The notes: generated from the sequence alone by a model not told the origin. Shown: positions 8,524 through 17,089, counted from the stretch's first letter. The stretch is 52,267 nucleotides of DNA from Miltoncostaeales bacterium (GCA_030829765.1 JAUROO010000094.1:1-52267); one strand, 5' to 3'. A program made the numbers and translations.

Positions 8524-8573
8524 CCCTGCGGTTCCCCCCGGGTGGTCCACCGGACCGGTGATACGTTCGGCCC

Positions 8574-9665
8574 GTGTCCTACGCGCGCGCCCGATTGATG
8601 GTCGGAATCACCGGGGTGGGCACGTGGGTGGCCGTGGCGGTCGCATTCCTCGCCGCCGGTGGGCCGGACGCGCTTCCGGGCACCGACGCCACTGCCAGCG
8701 AGCAGGTTGCGGCCGTTGCCGCGGTCATCGGCGCGTACATCCTCGTGAGCCTCCCCTTCGACCTGCTGGGCGGCCTCATCCTCCCGCGGCGCCACGGCCG
8801 CGCCTGCCCGGGAACCGATGCCTTCGTGGTGGCATGGGCCCGGGGCGTGCTGGTGCAGGCGATCGCCATGGGCGGCGCGGTGCTGGCGGTGACGGCCGCG
8901 GGCCGCTGGGGCGGCACCGGTGCGGCCGTCGGGGTGATCGCCGCGCTTGCGCTGATCATCGGCATCGCGCGGGTGCCGCTGGCACGGATGGTGGCCGACC
9001 TGCCGGTGGGGGCGCCCGCCGCGGAGGGCGATGCGCTCACCGTCGATGCGACCGACCCCGGCTTCACCGGTGGCATCTCGGGCACGGGAACGCGCATGCT
9101 GCTGCCCCGTGCGTGGGACGGTGCCCTCGGACCCGGACTGGGGGTGGAGAAGGCGCGCCGGCAGTGGGCCATCGGCGCGCCGTACGCCCTGGGCATCCTC
9201 CTGGCTGCCGGATGGACCACGGCTGGCGCGGCGCTCGCGTTCGTGCTCCCGGGCGGCGGCGTGGAGTCGGCCGGGCAGGTGATCGCCGCAGGGGCATGGT
9301 TCACGCTGTGGTCGTTCGCCGGCCTGCTCGTGCTGCCCTCGGTGAGCCGGCCGGCCGTGTACGCCGCGGACGCCGCAGCGCTGCAGGAGCACCCCCCGGA
9401 GGAGGTCGCCCGGGTCATCCGCGCGCTGGACGCGCTTCAGGACGACGAGCCGGAGCGGCCCGGCGGTGTCGAGGTGATCTTCCATCCCATCCCCTCCGCG
9501 GGCCGGCGCATCCGCCGGCTGGGGCAGGCTGCACCGGGCATCAGGCCCTGGCACGTGGCCCGCCTGGCCCTGCCGATGTCGTGGTGCCTGCTGGGGGTGC
9601 TGGGGCGCGCGGTGCACTGCAACGCCGGTCGCCCGGAGCTATGGGTGCTGCTGCCGTCCGACTGA
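8574..9665 (+). CDS. polytopic membrane protein, apparently a degenerate (HExxH-less) M48-peptidase-like protein
   Basis: About 6 hydrophobic helices. The segments DATDPGFTGG..RMLLP, SRPAVYAADAAAL and IFHPIPSAGRRIRRL resemble the M48 blocks PNAFatG, sR..E..AD and sHPp...RI. No HExxH is present anywhere. Confidence 0.55.
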   Translation: MSYARARLMVGITGVGTWVAVAVAFLAAGGPDALPGTDATASEQVAAVAAVIGAYILVSLPFDLLGGLILPRRHGRACPGTDAFVVAWARGVLVQAIAMGGAVLAVTAAGRWGGTGAAVGVIAALALIIGIARVPLARMVADLPVGAPAAEGDALTVDATDPGFTGGISGTGTRMLLPRAWDGALGPGLGVEKARRQWAIGAPYALGILLAAGWTTAGAALAFVLPGGGVESAGQVIAAGAWFTLWSFAGLLVLPSVSRPAVYAADAAALQEHPPEEVARVIRALDALQDDEPERPGGVEVIFHPIPSAGRRIRRLGQAAPGIRPWHVARLALPMSWCLLGVLGRAVHCNAGRPELWVLLPSD

Positions 9666-9684
9666 GGTGGCCGGGGGGCCGGGC

Positions 9685-10122
9685 CTACGCGAGCCCGTCC
9701 ACCACCCGGACGTTGCGGATGTCGAAGTCGTCCTCGCCCCAGGGCGCTGCGAGGAACGCCTCGGTGGTCTCCACGGCCACGGCGGGCGATGTGGCGCGCA
9801 TGCTCATCACCAGCACGTTCGCATGGTTGTACTTGCGCGCCAGCCGGGCGGTCTCGGCATCCGCGCACAGCGCTGCGCGCGCGCCCTGCACCTTGTTGGC
9901 GGCGATGCACGCCCCCGTGCCGCTCCAGCAGAAGAGGACAGCGACGTCCGAATCACCCGACGTCGCGGCGCGGGCGGTGGCAGCGGACACCTCGGCCCAT
10001 TCGGTCTCGTCACCATCCACGAGGGGCCCGATCAGCGTGAGCTGATGGCCCTGGTCGCGCAGCCACTGCACCACGGCCTCGGTGACGGGCTGGCGCATGT
10101 CGGATCCCACGGCGATGCGCAT
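9685..10122 (-). CDS. rpiB: ribose-5-phosphate isomerase B (RpiB/LacA/LacB family)
   Basis: MRIAVGSD ... LFCWSGTGACIAANKVQGARAAL ... ARKYNHANVLVMSMR. ATG at 10122 (track residue M29). Confidence 0.85.
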   Translation of the reverse strand: MRIAVGSDMRQPVTEAVVQWLRDQGHQLTLIGPLVDGDETEWAEVSAATARAATSGDSDVAVLFCWSGTGACIAANKVQGARAALCADAETARLARKYNHANVLVMSMRATSPAVAVETTEAFLAAPWGEDDFDIRNVRVVDGLA

Positions 10123-10162
10123 GGTGCAAATGTACCGGCGCCCGGGCGCTACCGTGCCGCGC

Positions 10163-10798
10163 ATGATCGTTCGTGGAGGTACCTTCGGTCCGGTGGCCAC
10201 CAACACCTACGTGGTGGCCGACCGGGAGGGCGGCAGTGCCCTCATCGTGGACCCGGCGGCGGGCAGCAGCCGCTGGGTTGCCGAGACGCTGTCGGCGCTG
10301 GCGGTGGAGCCCGTGGCCGTGCTGGACACCCATGGGCACTGGGACCACGTGGTGGAGAACCACGTATGGGATGCCCAGGGCATCCCCGTGTGGGTGGGGC
10401 GTGGCGACGAGGGCTGGCTCGAGGCGCCGGCCCCGTTCAACCCCGCGCTGTTCGGCAACCCGCCGCCCACGCCGGGCGTGACGCCGGCCGCCGTCCTCGA
10501 GGATGGCGACACCATCACCTGCGGCGACCTGGTATTCCAGATGCTGGCCACTCCCGGGCACTCGCCCGGGCTGCAGGTGGCCTACAACGCGGAGGCCGGG
10601 CAGGCACTGGTGGGCGACCTGATCTTCGCGATGGGCATCGGCCGCACGGACTTCCCCGGCAGCGACCATGGCGACATGGTGCGATCGCTCACCCGCCTTT
10701 TCGACGAGGTCCCGGGCGACACGGTGATCTACCCCGGCCACGACCGGTGGGGGATGACCCTGGCCGAGGCCGAGCCCTACGCACGGATGTTCATGTGA
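10163..10798 (+). CDS. MBL-fold hydrolase (glyoxalase II-like)
   Basis: LDTHGHWDH motif, TPGHSPG, GRTDFPG, IYPGHD. ATG at 10163. Confidence 0.8.
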   Translation: MIVRGGTFGPVATNTYVVADREGGSALIVDPAAGSSRWVAETLSALAVEPVAVLDTHGHWDHVVENHVWDAQGIPVWVGRGDEGWLEAPAPFNPALFGNPPPTPGVTPAAVLEDGDTITCGDLVFQMLATPGHSPGLQVAYNAEAGQALVGDLIFAMGIGRTDFPGSDHGDMVRSLTRLFDEVPGDTVIYPGHDRWGMTLAEAEPYARMFM

Positions 10799-11895
10799 GC
10801 GTCACGCGTGATGAGGTGATCACCGCGCTCGATCGCGTTCTCGACCCCGAGCTGCATCGCAGCATCGTGGCGCTCGGCATGGTGGGCGCGGTGGAGGTGG
10901 ACGGTCCGCGGGTGGCAATCACCATCAAGCTCACGGTGGCGGGATGCCCGCTGAAGGCCGAGATCCAGCGGCGCGTGAGCGAGGCCGTGGCCGCCCTCCC
11001 CGGCGTGGAGGGCGTGCAGGTGGGCCTCGACACCATGACCGACGAGGAGCGCGCCGGGGTGCGCGAATCCATCATCGGCGGACCGCGCCGCGACAGCCCC
11101 TTCACGCCCGACGCGCGCACCCGGGTGATCCTGGTGTCATCGGGCAAGGGCGGCGTGGGCAAGTCGAGCGTCACGTGCAACCTGGCGGTGGCACTGGCCG
11201 CGCAGGGCCATTCGGTGGGACTGCTCGATGCCGATGTGTACGGGTACTCCATCCCGCGCATGATGGGCGCCACGCAGCAGCCGGTGATGCTCGACGACCT
11301 CATCATCCCGGTCGAGAGCCACGGGGTGCGGCTGATGAGCATCGGCTTCATGACGGCCGACGACAACCCCGTGATATGGCGCGGCCCGATGCTGCACAAG
11401 GCGCTGACGTCATTCGTGACCGAGGTGTTCTGGGACGACCCCGACGTGCTGCTGGTGGACCTCCCGCCGGGTACGGGCGACGTCGCCCTGTCGCTGGCGC
11501 AGTTGCTGCCCGCGGCGCAGGTGCTGGTGGTCACCACGCCGCAGCTCACCGCGCAGCGGGTGGCCCGCCGGGCGGCCGCGATGGCCAGCCGCGTGGAGCT
11601 GCCCGTGCTCGGCGTGATCGAGAACATGTCGTGGTTTGTGGCCCCGGACACGGGCGCCCGCTACGAGGTCTTCTCGGGCGGTGGAGGGCAGGCACTTGCC
11701 GCCGACCTGGGCGTCCCCCTGCTGGGGCAGGTGCCGCTCGAGTCGGACGTGGCCCGGGCGGGCGACGAGGGCCTGCCCGTGGTTGCAGCCCGTCCCGACA
11801 GCCCGGCCGCGCGGGCCCTGGCAGACATCTCCGCCCACGTGGGGCGCGCAGCGGGCATCCAGAGGGCATCGGGCATCCCCCTCGCGGCCGGGTAG
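10795..11895 (+). CDS. Mrp/ApbC/NBP35-family P-loop ATPase with an N-terminal DUF59 (MIP18) domain; the CXXC motif is absent
   Basis: DUF59 domain: VLDPELHRSIVALGMV...LTVAGCPL. Walker A: SSGKGGVGKSS. LDADVYGYSIP and VDLPPGTGD are present. Where ApbC has ENMS..CxxCG, this protein reads ENMSWFVAPDTGARYEVFSGGGG. The GTG at 10795 overlaps the upstream stop (GTGA). Confidence 0.85.
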   Translation: MSVTRDEVITALDRVLDPELHRSIVALGMVGAVEVDGPRVAITIKLTVAGCPLKAEIQRRVSEAVAALPGVEGVQVGLDTMTDEERAGVRESIIGGPRRDSPFTPDARTRVILVSSGKGGVGKSSVTCNLAVALAAQGHSVGLLDADVYGYSIPRMMGATQQPVMLDDLIIPVESHGVRLMSIGFMTADDNPVIWRGPMLHKALTSFVTEVFWDDPDVLLVDLPPGTGDVALSLAQLLPAAQVLVVTTPQLTAQRVARRAAAMASRVELPVLGVIENMSWFVAPDTGARYEVFSGGGGQALAADLGVPLLGQVPLESDVARAGDEGLPVVAARPDSPAARALADISAHVGRAAGIQRASGIPLAAG

Positions 11896-11957
11896 ACTGG
11901 CCTCCGTTCGGCGGACCCGGCTGGGGGTCTGCGAAGCGATCGCCTGAGGAGACTCCG

Positions 11958-12269
11958 TTGGCCTACGTCATCACCGAGCCCTGCATCGGCACGAAGGACA
12001 CATCCTGCGCGGATGTGTGCCCCGTCGACTGCATCCACCCCGCCCCGGGCGAGGAGAACGCCGACACGGCCACGATGCTCTACATCGACCCGTCCGAGTG
12101 CATCGACTGCGACGCCTGCGTCGAGGCCTGCCCGGTGGACGCCACGATGGCCGAGGACGACATCCCGGCCCAGTGGGAGGTCTTCAAGGAGATCAACCGC
12201 GCCTACTACGAGCAGGGCCACGAGGCCGGCGAGAAGATGGTGCAGGAGTTCCTGGCCGCCCGCGGCTAG
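11958..12269 (+). CDS. fdxA: 7Fe-type ferredoxin (3Fe-4S plus 4Fe-4S)
   Basis: TTG start with GAGGAG upstream. AYVITEPCIGTKDTSCADVCPVDCI and CIDCDACVEACPVDA cysteine patterns. Confidence 0.85.
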   Translation: MAYVITEPCIGTKDTSCADVCPVDCIHPAPGEENADTATMLYIDPSECIDCDACVEACPVDATMAEDDIPAQWEVFKEINRAYYEQGHEAGEKMVQEFLAARG

Positions 12270-12293
12270 CGACACCCCTCCACGCAGTACCCG

Positions 12294-12328
12294 CGAAGGG
12301 CGCCCAACGGGCGCCCTTCGTCGTTTGG
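12294..12328 (+). terminator. rho-independent-type terminator after fdxA, between convergent genes
   Basis: Perfect 12-bp stem CGAAGGGCGCCC/GGGCGCCCTTCG with loop AAC, followed by TCGTTTGG. Confidence 0.6.
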
Positions 12329-12347
12329 TACCGCCTCGGCCGGTCCG

Positions 12348-13127
12348 CTAGTTGAGGCGGGCGGCGCGGATGTCGTCCAGGGTTGCCTCCGCCACCCGCA
12401 TCGCGAGGGATGGCGGGGTGGTGGTGAGCAGGGAGCCCAGCAGGGCCTCGGCCTCATCGGCATCTCCCATCGCCAACAGCACCTCGGCCAGCCGCACGCG
12501 GGGCGCTGGATCGTCCGGGTTCACGAGGGCCTGCAGCCCGAGGCACCAGCGCACGTCGGACAACTGGTCCCGCCGCCGGTACGAGCCCTCGAGGTTCAGG
12601 AGCATCCGGGCAACGGTGACATCAGCCGGCGCCGGCGCGAGGTGCCCGGGCTCGAGGTCCGTGCCCGCGGTATCGCGCGCGATCCCGGCGAGCTCCTCCA
12701 CGCTACGCGGCACCCAGCCATGGAACGGATCCACGTACCGGGCCCGCGCCTCGGACACATCCGCCACGATGTAGTGGCCGGGCATCGCAACGCCCTCGAT
12801 GGCCGCCCCGGTACGCCGCCCCACCGCGACGGCGAGCGCCGACAATGCGATGGGAAGGCCCCGGCGCCTCTGCAGTACCTGGTCAAGGAATGAGTTGCGC
12901 GGGTCGTCATAGGTGTCGGCATCCCCCGCATAGCCCTCGTCGCGCAGCAGGTGGAAGACCGCGGTGGCATCCGTGCCCCCGGCCAGCACCGCGAGGCGGT
13001 CCACCTCGTCCAGCCATCGCTCGCAGTCGAGCCCCGGCCGCCCCTCCGCCGCGATGCGCAGGTTGGCCTCCGCCAGATCGGGGTCGGGCGCCCGCATCAG
13101 ATCGACCAGGCGGGCCCGGTTCTCCAT
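12348..13127 (-). CDS. SirB1-like transglutaminase-fold/TPR protein (UPF0162-like)
   Basis: YDDPRNSFLDQVLQRRRGLPIALSALAVAVGRRTGAAIEGVAMPGHYIV matches the SirB1 N-terminal domain pattern. The C-terminus is helical and TPR-like. ATG at 13127 (MENRARL). Confidence 0.7.
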   Translation of the reverse strand: MENRARLVDLMRAPDPDLAEANLRIAAEGRPGLDCERWLDEVDRLAVLAGGTDATAVFHLLRDEGYAGDADTYDDPRNSFLDQVLQRRRGLPIALSALAVAVGRRTGAAIEGVAMPGHYIVADVSEARARYVDPFHGWVPRSVEELAGIARDTAGTDLEPGHLAPAPADVTVARMLLNLEGSYRRRDQLSDVRWCLGLQALVNPDDPAPRVRLAEVLLAMGDADEAEALLGSLLTTTPPSLAMRVAEATLDDIRAARLN

Positions 13128-13129
13128 CG

Positions 13130-13393
13130 TCACGACGCACCGCCGAGGAGGTCGGCCTGCGCGTCCTGCAGGCCCATCCGGCACAGCGACAGGGCGGCCT
13201 GCCGCACGGCCTCGCGCTCGGGTGCCGCGCGCACCAGGCGGGCGGCCTCGGCCAGCACGTGGCCTGCCGGCATCCCGTCTGCCGCGCGCGCCGCCTGGGC
13301 CAGCAGCGGACCGGCCACGGTGTCACGGCGCACAAGGGCCATCTCGGCCTGGGCGGCCAGCGCAACCACGCGCAGGGAATCAGGGGCGCTCAC
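13130..13393 (-). CDS. hypothetical 87-aa Ala-rich helical protein
   Basis: The GTG at 13393 overlaps the amidohydrolase stop (GTGA). Its own stop lies 2 nt before the next ATG. GC3 is high. I recognise no family. Confidence 0.45.
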   Translation of the reverse strand: MSAPDSLRVVALAAQAEMALVRRDTVAGPLLAQAARAADGMPAGHVLAEAARLVRAAPEREAVRQAALSLCRMGLQDAQADLLGGAS

Positions 13394-14241
13394 GGCGCGA
13401 CGCCTCCGAGCAGGCGACGCGCATTGCCCCCCAGGACCGCCCGGAGAGCCGCGGCGTCCCATCCGGCCACGCGTGCGGCCGCACCCACCAGGTGCAGCGC
13501 CTGCGCATGGTCGCCGTAGGGCCGGTCCGACCCGAACACCAGGCGCTCGGGCGGCAACATCACCAGATCGGGAAGCGCCGCGATAGAGGTGTCGAACAGC
13601 ACGTCGGGGTACCCCGCGGTGACCGCCGCAAGCGCACGATGGTCACCGCGCCCGCCGTGGGCCAGGATCAGGCGCGCGCTGGGGACGCGCTCGAGGAGCG
13701 CGGCGAACGCCGGGCCCAGGGGCCGGGCGCCGAACCCGGCGTGGAACACCACCGGCCATCCCATGTCGGTCGCCAACCGCACCGCCGCCACGCATGCGTC
13801 CGACTCGGGCCGGAAGCGCTGCGCCACCGGATGCAACTTGAGGCCACGTGCGCCGCCACGGTGCGCCTCCTCCATCGCGGCCTCGAACGGCCCGGCGGGA
13901 TCCACCCGGCAGAACGGGATGATGCGCCCCGGGTGCGCGGTCGCGGCGGCGCACACCCGGAGGTTCGGTTCGCGGAAGTCACCCGAGGCACCCGGCTCAT
14001 CTGCCGGGAACGCCACCGCGGCGGTGATGCCGTTGGCGTCGAGGTCGCGGGTCAGGTCATCCGCACCCAGCGCATGTCCGTCGCGGTCGATCCCGAGGTG
14101 CACGTGCATGTCCACGATGCCGGTGCCATCGGGCACCACCACGCTGCGCCGCGCCCACTGCTCGATCCCCGCAAGCGCGTCCACGTCCGCCCCGGCCGCG
14201 CCGAGCACCGATGCATCCTGGCCGAGCAGGCGCCCGCTCAA
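13390..14241 (-). CDS. amidohydrolase-2-type TIM-barrel metal-dependent hydrolase
   Basis: IVDMHVHLG, GLKLHP, VVFHAGF, LILAHGG, LVFGSDRPY. The TTG at 14241 overlaps the upstream stop (TTGA). The exact start is uncertain. Confidence 0.7.
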   Translation of the reverse strand: MSGRLLGQDASVLGAAGADVDALAGIEQWARRSVVVPDGTGIVDMHVHLGIDRDGHALGADDLTRDLDANGITAAVAFPADEPGASGDFREPNLRVCAAATAHPGRIIPFCRVDPAGPFEAAMEEAHRGGARGLKLHPVAQRFRPESDACVAAVRLATDMGWPVVFHAGFGARPLGPAFAALLERVPSARLILAHGGRGDHRALAAVTAGYPDVLFDTSIAALPDLVMLPPERLVFGSDRPYGDHAQALHLVGAAARVAGWDAAALRAVLGGNARRLLGGVAP

Positions 14242-14690
14242 TGCGTGCGCGCCTCGAAGTCCGCGATGCTGCGGCGGAACCCATCGGGCATCGGCGTGGC
14301 GTCGCCGCCCTCCCACGACTCCACGCCCACGATCACCGCACGGGCGTCGGCCACGTGCAGCGCGCCGTCGGCATCGATGCGCTCGAGGCGGGCTTCCATT
14401 GCGTGGCTCGTGGTGCCGAGGTGCGCGCACCTGATGAACACCTCGACGTCGTCGTCGAACCGCAGTGGCGCATGGAAGTCCACCCCCAGCGACCGCACCA
14501 TGAAGACGTGGCCGGGCTCGCCGACCAGGGGCAGCCCCGCGGCGCGCCGGTATTCGATGATGGCGCGCTCCAGGTACCTGCCGTAGCGCCCGAAGTACAC
14601 GACGCCGCCCGCATCGGTGTCGGCGAAGTCCACGCGCATCCGGGTGCTGAAGCCGAACGGCGGATGGTCATGGTCGCTAGCCGACGACAC
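14238..14690 (-). CDS. 4HBT-family acyl-CoA thioesterase
   Basis: RMRVDFADTDAGGVVYFGRYGRYLERAIIEY. There is no start codon between the SDR stop and MRV, so the start is either the GTG at 14690 (14-nt overlap with the SDR) or the ATG at 14639. Confidence 0.7.
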   Translation of the reverse strand: MSSASDHDHPPFGFSTRMRVDFADTDAGGVVYFGRYGRYLERAIIEYRRAAGLPLVGEPGHVFMVRSLGVDFHAPLRFDDDVEVFIRCAHLGTTSHAMEARLERIDADGALHVADARAVIVGVESWEGGDATPMPDGFRRSIADFEARTH

Positions 14691-15450
14691 GGCTCTCCCC
14701 TCCGTCGATGAGTACCGACGCGCCCGTGATGAAGGCCGCGCGCTCGGACGCGAGGAATGCCACCAGGTCGCCCACCTCCGCCGGATCCCCCACGCGCCCG
14801 GTGGGGTTGCGCGCACCGCGCTCGGCAATCGCCGCCTCGAGATCCGGAGCCGCGGAGAGCAGCTCGCGCATGCGATCGGTGAGGATGGGGCCGGGCAGGA
14901 CGTTGTTCACCGTGATGCCGTCCCCCGCCACCTCCCGGGCCACTGTGCGCACCGCACCGGCCACCCCCGCGCGCGTGGCGTTCGACAGCGCGAGGCCGTC
15001 GATCACCTCACGCACCGATGTGCTGGTGATCGTGACGATCCTCCCCCACCCCCGGTCACGCATCGCGGGCAGCGCGGCGCGCATCAACCGCACCGTGCCG
15101 AGCAGGTTCTGCTGCACGGCGAGGTCCCACCCGGCGTCATCCGATCCCATGAACGGTCCCGGCGGCGGACCCCCGGCATTCGCCACGACGATGTCCACGG
15201 CACCGAGGGCATCCTGGGCCCCGGCGAGCGCGCGTGCCGGACCCGCGGGGTCACTCATGTCGGCCACCACGCCGTGGGCGTCGGCCCCGGCGGCACGCAG
15301 CGCTGCCACTGTGGCATCCACTCCAGCGGCGCCCCGGGCGGCCACCACCACGCGCACGCCCTCGCGCACCAGCGACTCCGCCGCCGCCCGGCCCATGCCC
15401 CGGGTGCCGCCGGTCACGAGCGCTGCCCGCCCTGTGATTCCGAGGTCCAT
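14677..15450 (-). CDS. SDR-family oxidoreductase-like protein lacking the YxxxK catalytic pair
   Basis: VTGGTRGMG and VANAGG are present. The expected S-x12-Y-x3-K reads ITSTSVREVIDGLALSNATRAG, with Ser at the Tyr position and Arg at the Lys position. Confidence 0.8.
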   Translation of the reverse strand: MDLGITGRAALVTGGTRGMGRAAAESLVREGVRVVVAARGAAGVDATVAALRAAGADAHGVVADMSDPAGPARALAGAQDALGAVDIVVANAGGPPPGPFMGSDDAGWDLAVQQNLLGTVRLMRAALPAMRDRGWGRIVTITSTSVREVIDGLALSNATRAGVAGAVRTVAREVAGDGITVNNVLPGPILTDRMRELLSAAPDLEAAIAERGARNPTGRVGDPAEVGDLVAFLASERAAFITGASVLIDGGESRVVG

Positions 15451-15505
15451 CGCCCCCCTTGCCCGTACGCGGCCATGTCGCCGCGTGGTCCGTCACGATA
15501 CGCCC

Positions 15506-16069
15506 ATGAGCAGCATGCAGATCCTCGCGCAGCTGGTCGGTGCCGTCGGCATCGCCCTGCTCCTGTCGTCCACCTTCATGCGCCGCAGGGTGCTGCTGCT
15601 CGCGCTGGACGCCGCCGGTTCCGCCGTGATGGGCGTGCACTGGGCACTGCTCGGCGGCACTGCCGGAATCGCCATCAGCGCCGTCGTGGTGGTGATGGAC
15701 CTGGCCGGCACCGACCCGCGCAACCCGCGAGGACGACTCGTCCTCATCGCGAGCCTCCCGGTCACCGCCGTGCTGCTGGCGCTGCTCTGGACCGGCCCCG
15801 TCGACATCCTCGCCGGCCTCGGACTGCTGGGCATCGCCCTGTCGCGGCTATCGGCGGGACAGATCCGGCTGCGTGCGCTTTCGATGGCCGCGTGCGTGCC
15901 GTGGATCAGCTACGGGGTACTGATGGTGTCGATTCCGCAGATCGCGTTCAGCGCCGCATACTTCGTGTTCATGGGCGTCAGCATCCTGCGCATCCGCAGC
16001 GGCCGGTGGCCCATGCCCGTGGCCACCACCGCCGCCGATGCCGCTATCCTGCCCGCCGATGGCCCCTAA
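15506..16069 (+). CDS. YgjV-like inner membrane protein
   Basis: 187 aa and multi-pass. The N-terminus ILAQLVGAVGIALLLSSTF...VMGVHWALLG resembles E. coli YgjV as I remember it. Confidence 0.55.
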   Translation: MSSMQILAQLVGAVGIALLLSSTFMRRRVLLLALDAAGSAVMGVHWALLGGTAGIAISAVVVVMDLAGTDPRNPRGRLVLIASLPVTAVLLALLWTGPVDILAGLGLLGIALSRLSAGQIRLRALSMAACVPWISYGVLMVSIPQIAFSAAYFVFMGVSILRIRSGRWPMPVATTAADAAILPADGP

Positions 16070-16352
16070 GGAGAAGAACAAGCCGAAGCGCGCCGGCGGA
16101 CGCCGCGCCAACTATGCGCCGCTTGCGCACACCGTTGGCGCGCGGCGCTTCTTCCCGTTCGGCTGGATCATGTGGGTGGGCTGGCTCATGTTCGGCCTGC
16201 TCGCGGCGGCCATGTTCGTGGAGATCTTCATCGCGGCTGCAGCGGCCACCCAGGACGGCTACTGGGGCGACGTGTTCGGGGCGGTCCTCATGACCGTCCT
16301 CTTCGGCTGGATCTTCTGGCTGTTCGGCACCAGCCGACTGAAGGAGCTCTAG
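16059..16352 (+). CDS. hypothetical small membrane protein (basic N-terminus, 2 TM helices)
   Basis: MAPKEKNKPKRAGGRR, followed by two hydrophobic helices. It overlaps the ygjV-like gene by 11 nt. The track start at 16038 is also possible. Confidence 0.5.
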   Translation: MAPKEKNKPKRAGGRRANYAPLAHTVGARRFFPFGWIMWVGWLMFGLLAAAMFVEIFIAAAAATQDGYWGDVFGAVLMTVLFGWIFWLFGTSRLKEL

Positions 16353-17089
16353 GGCCCGTCGTCCTCCACAACCAGGGCGGCGCACGCCGCATCGCCCTCG
16401 GCCGTGGAGCTCGCCCCCGATAGCGTGGCGTCGGGATTGAACGCCGACAGCACGCCGCGCCAGATCGCGCGGTCCAGCCCGCACACCCGCTGCGGGTCCA
16501 CCTTGGCCATCTCCTCGAACGGGCACGCGCGCAGCGTGATGCGGCCGTCGTCGTTCGCCGTCGCGCCGAACCCGAAGCGCGTGAGCACGCCCACGACCCC
16601 GGCCACGGCGTCGGTGGTCGATGAGTACGACGGGCTGCGGCCGGCATCGCGCTCCGCCTGCCCCAGTTCGCGGCCGAACTCGTACCCCACCCGCTCCAGC
16701 ACCTCCTGCGGGTCCTCGCCCGAGCGGTCGCTCATGGCCTTCAGCAGGAGCTCGGCGAGCAGGTCGTAGTGCTTCACCTGCAGGCGCGAGTCCACCTCCG
16801 CCTCATCCAGCGCATACAGCTTCGCGGGGCGCCCCGCGCCGGGGCCGCTGCGCCCCGTGCGGCGCTGGAACTCCGCGCGCAGGAAGCCCTGCTCCACCAG
16901 CTTGTCGAGGTGGAACCCCGCCAGCCGGCGCGTGATGCCCACCGCCTCGGCCACCTCGTCCTTGCCCATCAGCACCCCGGCCTCGCGCACCGTGAAGAAC
17001 ACCCGGCGACGGGTGGGGTCGCCGAGCGCGGAGACCATCCGCTGGATCTCCTGCTCGTCGTCGGGAAGGGTTGCCGGGTCGGTCGTCAC
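16349..17089 (-). CDS. sufR: SufR-like winged-helix (ArsR-type) transcriptional regulator
   Basis: HTH region ALGDPTRRRVFFTV...EVAEAVGITRRLAGFHLDKLVEQGFL. C-terminal cysteines (RACPFEE, RVCGLD, AACAAL). It is divergent from sufB. Confidence 0.65.
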   Translation of the reverse strand: MTTDPATLPDDEQEIQRMVSALGDPTRRRVFFTVREAGVLMGKDEVAEAVGITRRLAGFHLDKLVEQGFLRAEFQRRTGRSGPGAGRPAKLYALDEAEVDSRLQVKHYDLLAELLLKAMSDRSGEDPQEVLERVGYEFGRELGQAERDAGRSPSYSSTTDAVAGVVGVLTRFGFGATANDDGRITLRACPFEEMAKVDPQRVCGLDRAIWRGVLSAFNPDATLSGASSTAEGDAACAALVVEDDGP

